Below, in pieces: positions 1-8,300 of a stretch of 63,247 nucleotides of DNA. The DNA lies in the NCBI GenBank assembly GCA_017563185.1, contig JAFXIL010000152.1, positions 1 through 63,247 of the forward strand. The letters are read 5' to 3'. A model generated the notes under the pieces. The model had not been told where the DNA came from, made no database searches, and saw only the letters and a program-made list of their open reading frames with translations. Source of the stretch: Kiritimatiellia bacterium. Lineage in GTDB: Bacteria; Verrucomicrobiota; Kiritimatiellia; RFP12; UBA1067. A program made the position numbers and the translations under genes. Each line of letters starts with the position of its first letter. The first letter of the stretch is position 1.

Positions 1-1
1 C

Positions 2-190
2 TTCCCTGAAGACCACCTTCCATCTTCAGACGGACTCGTCTCGATAGTCTCCCGCACGCACCTTTTCCGCTACTTCAACGGCCGCCCCGGCGCAGCGGTC
101 TTCCGCCGCCGCCTGAACGAGATTCACTCCGTTTCCGAACTCCTCGCGGCAGTCGAGGAATCCTTCGGACCCGACGCGCTTCCCATGTAG
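2..190 (+). CDS. C-terminal end of an unidentified protein (partial, continues upstream of window)
   Basis: Frame 2 is open from the window edge to TAG 188-190 (...FRRRLNEIHSVSELLAAVEESFGPDALPM*), with GC-rich third codon positions. No family recognised. Absent from the ORF track because there is no in-window start. Confidence 0.3.
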   Translation, partial: FPEDHLPSSDGLVSIVSRTHLFRYFNGRPGAAVFRRRLNEIHSVSELLAAVEESFGPDALPM

Positions 191-266
191 GCGAACTTCA
201 CCGTCTTCCGACTGGCGGAGTGTCTGTCACCTTGAAGATGCTTTTAGCATTATAAAAAGCACGCGT

Positions 267-635
267 CTACCGGAAGCGCATGATCGTGCCGTTCATGATG
301 ACCGTGAGCGTGACCTGTTTGCTGAACGAGGCGCCGTCGGGCCCGATCGCCAGCACCTTGTAGGCTCCGGCGTCGCGGCGGCCTACGTCAGACAGTTCGA
401 GAATCGAGGCGTTGGCGCCTGGAATCGGCGAACCGTTTTTGAACCACTGGTACGAAGTAGCGTCGATGGCGCGCGCCGCGAAGTAGGCGGTCTCGTGCAC
501 CTTCACGCGCCTATTCCGCGGCTGCGCGATGAAATCAAGCGGCGTGCCGAACTCGTCCACCAGCGGCGGAACCTTGCGCACGAACGCGTAGATCTTTCCG
601 GACGAAAAATACTGTGCGGCGCCTGTCTGCGTCAT
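267..635 (-). CDS. small Ig-like (I-set type) domain protein
   Basis: 122-aa ORF. YQWFKNGSPIPGANASILELSDVGRRDAGAYKV is a typical immunoglobulin I-set pattern. The C-terminus ...NGTIMRFR resembles the ends of the two giant proteins. The ATG has no SD and overlaps the stop of a 12-codon upstream ORF (see findings). Confidence 0.6.
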   Translation of the reverse strand: MTQTGAAQYFSSGKIYAFVRKVPPLVDEFGTPLDFIAQPRNRRVKVHETAYFAARAIDATSYQWFKNGSPIPGANASILELSDVGRRDAGAYKVLAIGPDGASFSKQVTLTVIMNGTIMRFR

Positions 636-699
636 GTTAAGGCGGCAAGCGCAGACACGAGTTTTTTCATGGTTTCTCCTATTTACTTTATCTGTTGAA

Positions 700-2121
700 T
701 CAAGTTGAGGGTTTCGGCTCTACGGGGACTGTCCCCGCACATCCCCACATCTTCACATGCGTGGGCCAGTCGCCAACATGCGAGAAGTCGACTCTGAAGA
801 GAAATTCGCGGAAGGGTCCGTTCTTCGCGGTGGGCGCGAAGTCGATCTCCCTTAGTAGCGAACCTTCGCGCGCAAGTTCGCGCCGCACGTGGTTGAGGGC
901 GAACCACTCGATCGTACGGCCCATCGCGCGGCAGCTCATCACGAAGTCCGTTATGCGCCCTTCGCGCGGATCCGCAATCACGTAGCACACAAGCCCCATT
1001 TCGCCGAAGGCGTCGTTCACGCGGAAAGTCCACACGCGCCGCGAAGGATCGTTCACAAGGGCGCGCATCTCGTCCTCGCCGCGCCGGATCGTCGTGGCGT
1101 TGAACTGGTTCGTCTTGCCCGCCATCTGCGCGAGGCGCGGCACGTCCGCCTCTGTGGCGCGCGCGGCGCGGCAGGTGAGCTTCAGCGACTCAAGATAGTC
1201 GTCAAGCGTGGCCGACGTGGCGGCGAGATCGCGCCGTTCTCCCTCGGCGCGGTACATTGCGGCGCGGGCGCGGTCCTCCTCCGTTGCGCCTACGGAAGAG
1301 AAATACGCGGCGTCTAGGCGGCGCAGAAACTGCGCGGAATGCGCAGGATCGTCAGGAAACGGCGGCACCGCCACTCTCGGAAGATGGGCCTTCATCTGGG
1401 CGCGCTCGAAGGGATTGTCGTCAATGAACACCACTGAATCAACGCCGAGGTTGAGCGAACGACAGGCCGCGAGGAGATTGCCGGCCTTCGGACGCCAATC
1501 CACACGAACGTCGGAAAAGTCTTCGAGCGAAAGCGGCATGTCTTCACGCGCGAAGGCCTGGGTGATCGGCGCGTCTGGAGCGGGCGGATCGTTCTTCGAG
1601 AGCAGCACTAGCAGCACGCCGCGCTCCCGCAGCGCCAGCGCGCCGCGCTGGAAATCCACGTACGGTTCAACTGCATCCGCGCCGTCTTCCGATATGATGC
1701 CGTTCCAAAGCGTGCCGTCCGCATCAAGCGCAAGCACCTTCTTCGGCGCGCCGTCGAGAAGGAAGAAGAACTCGTCTTCGATCGCCTTGATGGCGCGAAG
1801 CGAAAATGGCATGGCGGCGAGCTGGCGCATGCGCTCGTCCCAGAATCCCGACGTCTCTCGCGCGAGGGCTGCGACATCTGGCGCGACAACGCGCGCGCCT
1901 GGCAGACGCGCGGCGAGCAGGGACGTTCCCTCTTTCGCGTCTTCGCCCTCCATCACGAACATCACCGCCTCTGGCGCGAACGAATGCAGGCCGCTATTCG
2001 CATCCAGCGCCTCCTGCCGCCACGCATCGAAGCCGGACGCAAGATACACTGCATGTCCCGCACGGCGGAAGTCCTGCGCGAAGAAGTCGAGAGTCACATT
2101 GCCTAGTACAGCTATCTTCAT
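700..2121 (-). CDS. FkbH-like HAD-IIIC family protein (phosphatase / carrier-protein loading enzyme)
   Basis: 473 aa. Carries HAD motif I (LALDADGTLW), the SKN and FIDDNP motifs, and the C-terminal GNAT-like half characteristic of FkbH-type proteins. Confidence 0.8.
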   Translation of the reverse strand: MKIAVLGNVTLDFFAQDFRRAGHAVYLASGFDAWRQEALDANSGLHSFAPEAVMFVMEGEDAKEGTSLLAARLPGARVVAPDVAALARETSGFWDERMRQLAAMPFSLRAIKAIEDEFFFLLDGAPKKVLALDADGTLWNGIISEDGADAVEPYVDFQRGALALRERGVLLVLLSKNDPPAPDAPITQAFAREDMPLSLEDFSDVRVDWRPKAGNLLAACRSLNLGVDSVVFIDDNPFERAQMKAHLPRVAVPPFPDDPAHSAQFLRRLDAAYFSSVGATEEDRARAAMYRAEGERRDLAATSATLDDYLESLKLTCRAARATEADVPRLAQMAGKTNQFNATTIRRGEDEMRALVNDPSRRVWTFRVNDAFGEMGLVCYVIADPREGRITDFVMSCRAMGRTIEWFALNHVRRELAREGSLLREIDFAPTAKNGPFREFLFRVDFSHVGDWPTHVKMWGCAGTVPVEPKPST

Positions 2122-2128
2122 GGACAGA

Positions 2129-2356
2129 TCAGGAATTGTCTTTGGGATTGATGTACGGCGCGAAGTCCGCGAGCTTGCGCAGCTGCGGAACGGCGGCGAG
2201 CGGAATGGAAGTTCCGTAGCGCGCTTCGGTCTCCATCACGAGGCGAAGGTGCATCACGCTGTCCCACTCGGCCAGCGATCCATATTCCGTCTGGGGCGTA
2301 AGCGTGCCCCTCTGCACGCCAAGCACCCCGGCGGCGAACTCGAGAAAATCATCCAT
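2129..2356 (-). CDS. acyl carrier protein-like (phosphopantetheine-binding)
   Basis: 75 aa from ATG 2356, with GGAGG 8 nt upstream; the track start at 2371 is an alternative. EWDSVMHLRL contains the DS attachment-serine motif. The gene lies 7 nt upstream of the FkbH-like gene. Confidence 0.7.
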   Translation of the reverse strand: MDDFLEFAAGVLGVQRGTLTPQTEYGSLAEWDSVMHLRLVMETEARYGTSIPLAAVPQLRKLADFAPYINPKDNS

Positions 2357-3194
2357 TTCTGATTCCTCCATATGTTCCTGACCGCAGATCTATGGATCTT
2401 CCGGCGGCGGCGTCTATGGCGACTGGGCGGACGCGCGAGTAGATGCGTGAAAGCGCCTCCTGGCAGCGCACCGCGCCGCGCCAGTAAGGGACAGCGCCAA
2501 GCCGCCTCACGAGAGGCGCCGCGTCGCCCGCGCCCGCTGCCGCGGCAGCGTCGAACGAGACGAGCGCCGCGCCTGGATCGGCTGATGCGCCCGGCCCTTC
2601 CGGCACAAGATCCTCCATGTCGATTCCGCGGAGCGCGAGCAGCGCCGCAGGATGGCGCGCGATCTCCTCGCCCAGAAGAAGCAGCACTGCCACAAGATGC
2701 TTGCATGGACGTGCCCAGTCGGGGCATGTGCAGTGCATCTTGACGTCATACACAGGCTTCCCCTCGGCGTTCGTTCCAACTGGCGCCGCTTTCGGGAAAA
2801 GCGGCACGCCGTCCGCGCGCAGCAGCTCCTCGACGTCAGTTGGCAGGTCGTCCGCCAATAGCCGCGCCACCAGCATCGGCTCCGCGCGCAGCGCCGCCTC
2901 GGCACTGCTCCCCTCGGGAACTGAAGTGAAGTCGAGCGAGACCTTGTATGGATCGGGACGCGATCCCGTCACGCACGCTTCAACGTGCGACCCTTCGGAG
3001 ACAAGCTCCGTCACCTGCCCCGCGATCGCGTACTGCCTTCCCCTTCCCATGCGCGCGCCAAGGCGCATCGTCTCGAGCGAGGCCACCCACCTGCGCGCCC
3101 ACCAAGCTGAGTGCGTGAGAGTGCGCAGCCCCTGCGCGCGGATGCCGTGCGCCGTGCGCGCAATGCGCAGCGGATAGCGCTTGCGGCTTCCCAT
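2349..3194 (-). CDS. SWIM zinc-finger domain protein
   Basis: 281 aa. CTCPDWARPCKH matches the CxCx(n)CxH SWIM signature. GGAG lies 7 nt upstream of the ATG. Confidence 0.75.
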   Translation of the reverse strand: MGSRKRYPLRIARTAHGIRAQGLRTLTHSAWWARRWVASLETMRLGARMGRGRQYAIAGQVTELVSEGSHVEACVTGSRPDPYKVSLDFTSVPEGSSAEAALRAEPMLVARLLADDLPTDVEELLRADGVPLFPKAAPVGTNAEGKPVYDVKMHCTCPDWARPCKHLVAVLLLLGEEIARHPAALLALRGIDMEDLVPEGPGASADPGAALVSFDAAAAAGAGDAAPLVRRLGAVPYWRGAVRCQEALSRIYSRVRPVAIDAAAGRSIDLRSGTYGGIRNG

Positions 3195-3218
3195 GGCGCG
3201 GCTCCGTGGGTAGCGCCG

Positions 3219-5117
3219 TCAGAGCGACAGCACGTACTCGGCGAGATCCTTGATCTCCTCCTTGGAGAGCTTGGAGGTCTCGCCGTGCTTGTCGCCGGGA
3301 TTGGCGATGGTCAGCACCTCCTCCATCGTGAGGGCGCGGCCGTCGTAGAGATACGGCGCGGTGCGCCAGCACTCGGCAAGGGTGGGGGTGTCGAACTTGC
3401 GGCCGGTCTCGGTGCCGAGGCCAAGGCCGAGGTCATAGAGCTTGAGGTCGGTCCATAGCGTCTCGCCGGCGGGGCTCTTCGCCGAGGGGGCGTGACAGTC
3501 GGCGCACTTGGCCTTCTTGAAGAGAACGGCACCGCGCTTCGCGCGTTCGGAGAGATCGCCGTTCACGAGGTAGGGGCTGGGGACGGGCTTCATCGAGGTG
3601 CAGTAGGCGTCGAAGCAGTGTACGTCCTCTTCCGGGCGCGACACGAACTGGATGTGCACGAGCCCCGCTCGGTTGCAGGTGTGCATGTCCTTGCGGATGC
3701 CTGTGACCATCGTGGGAGGAGTGCAGTGCGAGAAGATTTCGCTCTTGGTCTGCTTTGGATTGCCCATGCCGTCGTTGAGAAGGTCCCAGTTGAGGCCGTC
3801 CACGCGGCCATCGGGGTGGCAGCTCGCGCAGCTCTGCCACTGCTGGAAGCACATGGAGCCGTCGTTGTAGATCATCTCGCCGCGGCGAACGCGGTCTTTG
3901 GAGAGGTCGGTCTTGGGGGCCACCTGGAAGACGCGCGCGACGGCAAGCGCGTCGTCGAGGGCGAAGGTGGAGACGGCGTCCGTGAAGTAGAGCGCCGTCA
4001 TCACGGTGCGGCCGAGGGCCACGATTCCGCGCGGGCCGTCGCCTCCGGCGAGCACCCGGCGGCGGATGGAGACGAGAAAGGCGAGGTCGTTCGGCACGTC
4101 CTCGGCGCTCTTCACGATGCCGCTTGCGCTCTCGCCCTTCGCGGCCTTGACGAGACGGTCGTGCAGCGCCGCGCGGTCGATGATGGAGAGCTCGCATGTG
4201 CCAGCGTGCGCGACGACGAGAGTCTTGCCGTCAGCGGTCACTGCGACGCCCCAGGGATTGGCGCCGCCGCGGTCCACGTCGTCGAGGAGAACGGTGTTCA
4301 CGTACGCGCCCGTGGCGCCGTCGAATACGGAGAGCGCCGCGGTGTTCATCCAGCCGCGCTCGAGCTGCGTGGTGGGCAGCTGGTAGCGTCCCATCGTGTG
4401 CGTCACGTACACGCTCTTGCCGTCCGGCGACACGCCAAGGCCGCGAACGCCGGTGGAGCCGTTAGGCAGCATCACGTGGCGCACCTTGCCGGTTGCGGAC
4501 TCTATCACGCTCACGCTCGCGGCCACAACGTCGTTCGTGGCGGCGCAGTAGGGAAGCATGTTGGCGACGAAGAGGAGACGCCCGCCCTCTCCGAAGCCGG
4601 CCGCGAACGGCTCGCGCAGCACGTCGATGACGCGCGTCACCTTCATGGTGGCGGCATCGACCGCGCTCACCTTGGCCGCGAAGCGGTTCATCACGTACAC
4701 GGTCTTGCCGTCTGGCGAAACTACGGGCGCGCACGGAGAGTGCCCCACCTGTGCCGCCGCAACGAACGTGCCGTCCTCCTTGAACTTCTGCAGCTCGCCA
4801 GCCTGCACGCCGCACGTGACGTAAACGAAGCCGCCCTTGGCCGCGACGCCCGTGGGGTTCACGCGAACGCCCTTCACGGCGCGGCTCTCGAGGCTCCATC
4901 CACCGAGCATGCGCCCGTCAAGGCCCACCCTCGCCACCTTGGCACCGGTGGCGCACGTGGCGAACACGCTCTGGCCGTCAACCGCCGCCGCGAGGAACTC
5001 TGGCGACGCGTACGCGCTCGCGGGCGCCAGCTGCTCGACCGGACCTCCCCAGGCCGCTGCACAGCATGCTCCCGCCAAAATGGAGATGAAAAACCATCCA
5101 CACGACTTATGCATCAT
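3219..5117 (-). CDS. secreted beta-propeller (YVTN/YncE-like repeats) fused to a di-haem cytochrome c peroxidase/MauG-like domain
   Basis: Signal peptide MMHKSCGWFFISILAGACCAAAWG. Repeated SPDGKTVYV-type blades. Two CxxCH haem motifs (CASCH, CADCH) and the FDTPTL...APYLYDG CCP-family signature. Confidence 0.8.
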   Translation of the reverse strand: MMHKSCGWFFISILAGACCAAAWGGPVEQLAPASAYASPEFLAAAVDGQSVFATCATGAKVARVGLDGRMLGGWSLESRAVKGVRVNPTGVAAKGGFVYVTCGVQAGELQKFKEDGTFVAAAQVGHSPCAPVVSPDGKTVYVMNRFAAKVSAVDAATMKVTRVIDVLREPFAAGFGEGGRLLFVANMLPYCAATNDVVAASVSVIESATGKVRHVMLPNGSTGVRGLGVSPDGKSVYVTHTMGRYQLPTTQLERGWMNTAALSVFDGATGAYVNTVLLDDVDRGGANPWGVAVTADGKTLVVAHAGTCELSIIDRAALHDRLVKAAKGESASGIVKSAEDVPNDLAFLVSIRRRVLAGGDGPRGIVALGRTVMTALYFTDAVSTFALDDALAVARVFQVAPKTDLSKDRVRRGEMIYNDGSMCFQQWQSCASCHPDGRVDGLNWDLLNDGMGNPKQTKSEIFSHCTPPTMVTGIRKDMHTCNRAGLVHIQFVSRPEEDVHCFDAYCTSMKPVPSPYLVNGDLSERAKRGAVLFKKAKCADCHAPSAKSPAGETLWTDLKLYDLGLGLGTETGRKFDTPTLAECWRTAPYLYDGRALTMEEVLTIANPGDKHGETSKLSKEEIKDLAEYVLSL

Positions 5118-5163
5118 GAACTCCTTTTTTCTGCAACAATCGATTTGAAAAAGATTGTCTATT

Positions 5164-5192
5164 ATTATACCCTATTTCGTCGCTCAGGGCAA
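5164..5192 (-). promoter_or_regulatory. sigma70-like promoter of the propeller-CCP gene
   Basis: TTGCCC (5192-5187), 17-nt spacer, GGTATAAT (-10 at 5169-5164). AAGGAG SD lies in the ~40-nt leader. Confidence 0.55.
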
Positions 5193-5346
5193 GAATGAAC
5201 CCATAGAATGAACTTTACAGAGACTGTCCTCGAATATCCACAATCAGAAATTCTGCGACAAATAACGGCAGGGACGCACCCACGGCGCGTCCGCAAGACG
5301 GACGGTTCGGAAATCGTCCCCGCCATTGGCAAATACGCAACGACTG

Positions 5347-8300
5347 CTAACGGAAGAGAATGATCATTCCGCCAGGATTCGAGTTAACTAGTTTGAGCTT
5401 GCCGCCCTTCACCATGAGCGCGAAATCTTCGGAATAGTCGTTGCCCTTCTCGTCCGTAACGGCGAGGCCGATGCCCGCAACGGTCTCGGACGTGATGCCG
5501 AGAGCGTCCGATATCTCGTATTCCGAACGACCAGGCTTGCGGTTGAACGTCGCCTTGACGCTCTTGAGACCCGCGAGCGCGTTTGCGTCCGCGTTGTCGA
5601 ACGTCACCGCGCCGTTCAGCTTCACGAGACTGGAGTTTCCTGCCACCTCCCAGCAGTTGTCCTCGCCGGTGAAGCGGAACGGACCCGACAGGGTGCCTGC
5701 GCCCTTCAGCGTGCCGTACACGGGGCACCATCCGCCCTCGCGCGGCGCGTTCACGAGAGTCGATCCAGCGGCGAGCTCAGTCACACCGCCAAGACCGGGC
5801 TTCTCGAACTTCTGCGCGTCGCCGGGAGTGTAGGCGATCGGCAGATAGCGCTCGTCGAACGCATGGTATGCGCCGCCGTTCACCTTGAACTTGAGTGCGC
5901 AGACGTTGCCGTCCGCATCAGTCAGGCCGCCGCCGGTGCCGCCGCTCGTGGTGGAGGAATTGTCGCCGATGCGGATGTCGAACTTGTGCCATCCGGCGCG
6001 CAGCGACATGCTTCCGCTCGCCGTGCCGCAGTTGGCAGTGACCTTGAAGAGACGGCGGCCGTCCACATCGAGCGAGATCTGGTCATCGAAGTTGCCCTGG
6101 AAGGTCCAGAAGCCCTCCTGCCCGGGTTCGACCTTGAAGTAGCCGTCGAAGCGCGTGCATGCGCCGCCGAGGGGCGCGTTCGTGCCCGAAGAGTACTTCA
6201 CGTGCATGATCTGGAGCGAATTCGTCACGGTGTCCATGGCCACATACTTGCTCTCGTCGATCTTGTCGTAGATGCCTAGGTTGCTCGCGGGGTTGATGAA
6301 CTTGCGCCACCTCACGCTCGTGCGCGCGCCGAGGTGCTGGCGCATGCGCATCGGCAGGGTGGTGGTGTCGAACGGACGGTAGGCGGAGTCGCCCGGCGCC
6401 TTGAACGTGTACGACTCCGTTCCGTTGTTTCTGGGGCCGATGGTCTGGTTCGCAGCGTCGCAGTAGATGGAGATCATGAACTTGTGCCAGCCTTCCGTGA
6501 GCGAGATGGTCTTTTCAGTCGTGGTGTTCTTGCCGGCCCTGTCGAGTTCGGTGTCGTCGATCTGCAGGCCATTGTGCACGACGCCGCTGTGGCTGAAGTA
6601 CCATGTGCCCGCCTGCTCCGCGCTCACGTAGAACTCGCCGAAGTAGTTGAAGCCCGAACCGTTGCCGTACTTCACGTCGGAAAGCGCGGACGCCTTCCGG
6701 TTGAGGTACGTGAGCGACGTCGCGACGAACGGCGTGATGACCACATCTTCCAGGTATTTCGGCTGCATTACGTTCCATGCATTGCCGCTCCAGGTCCACG
6801 CGAGGAACTCCACCATGCTCTCGCCTGCGATGTCGAGCGTCGCGGTGGCGTTCTCCGCGAGCGAGAGGCCGCCCGCGAAGCCGGCCGCGTTGCGGAGGTC
6901 GGTCGCGCCGGTGGCGTCGATCGTCCACTTGCCGAGCGGAATGCCCTGGATGCCGGGGCGGTCAAGCGTGAAGGTGCCCGCGCCCGTAAGCGTCACGTCG
7001 CTCGCGCCCATGAGGCCCGTGCCCCACTTAACCGTCTTTCCGTTCAGGTCGAATGTCACCTTGCCGCCCTTCGCCGGGCTGCCGAATGTCGCCCTCATGC
7101 CGGCCTTGCCGATGTTGAAGTTGTCAGACGCGCGAAGCGTGCCGTTCTCCATGTTGAAGGCGGTGCGCTCAGGCGTGGTAAACGCCTCCTTTATGCCGTC
7201 CGAGCCGATTTCAAGAAGCCCGTCCCTGAAGGTGAGCGAGCCCGCGTAGTAGTCGGAACCGATCCAGTTGGCGTAGAGGCCCTTTACGGCGATGTGCGTG
7301 TCCGCGCCGGTGACTGTCCAGTCGCCGCGTCCGTTGCCGTTGCCGATCTCGAGGTTGTTGGCGGAGAACACCAAGTTGTTGGCTTGACCGTCGATGATCG
7401 GTCCACGGTCTTTCGCGGAGGAGCCAGGGCCCTGCATGAAGAACTTGCTGATCGTCCCGGAGCACGCCAGCCCGTCGATGGACGCCGAAATTGCCGGGTG
7501 GAAGAACACCGTGCCGGTATGTCCGCTCGCCGCTGTGATGGTCACCTTGTCCTTGCCGAACTTCGGCATTCCGTATCCGTCGTTGTTCGTGCCGAAAACG
7601 AACGATCCTCCGCCGGTGAGCGAAATGTCGAGCGCGTAGTCGCCCCAGTCGCTGCTGCCGGACGTGTAGGTCTGTCCGCCGGAGATGACGAGGCGGGAGT
7701 CTCCCTGCACCAGCGGCGGGTAGATGTACATGGCACGTCCGGTCCTGATCACGGGATTGCCCTCGTTCACCAGACTGCCGTAGATGTAGTGGTTGCCGTT
7801 CGCCACCGTGATCTCGCCTCTGTTCGTCACGGTCTCCATGTAGTACGTGGTGTGGCCGCCGCCCATCGTGAGCGTGGCCCCCTCGGAGACCGTCAGAGGC
7901 GTCCTGATGTAGCCTGTGCCGCTGTCGTTTCCGATGTAGGCCCTGTCGCCGACGGCCACCATGCCGCCGACGTTCCACGCGCCAGTCGCGGCCCACATCG
8001 AGAATGCGCCGTGCAGCTCGATGCCGTTGGGTATGTTCAGCGTGAAGCTGCCGCCCTCAGGGCAGTAGCAGCCCTCTTCGGCAATCACCATCTTGCCAAC
8101 GGAGATCGGGCCGTGCACGTTGAGTCCGCGCGTGCGGTTGGCCGCGCTGTTCTTGATTGTCAGCGTGGCGTCGGCCGGCCCCGTGATCGAGTTCTTCGAG
8201 TTGCCGCGGATGTCGATGCGGCTCACGCCGCCGATCGTGGCGTCGCCGGTCATTATCACCTCGTTGATCGGCGAGCCCCAGTATTCGTTCTGCGCGGTCG

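Noticed and set aside
240-260. GCTTTT-N9-AAAAGC hairpin between the convergent partial CDS and the Ig-like gene, considered as a bidirectional terminator.
   Set aside because: It has only a 6-bp, mostly A/U stem with a 9-nt loop, which is thermodynamically weak. It is noted but not called.
5272-5304. Two mutually exclusive hairpins (GGACGC/GCGTCC and CGTCCG/CGGACG) 3' of the giant gene, considered as a terminator or attenuator.
   Set aside because: The stems are short (6 bp) and there is no U tract, and the position is 45-75 nt after the stop codon. This is plausible RNA structure, but there is insufficient evidence to call a terminator.
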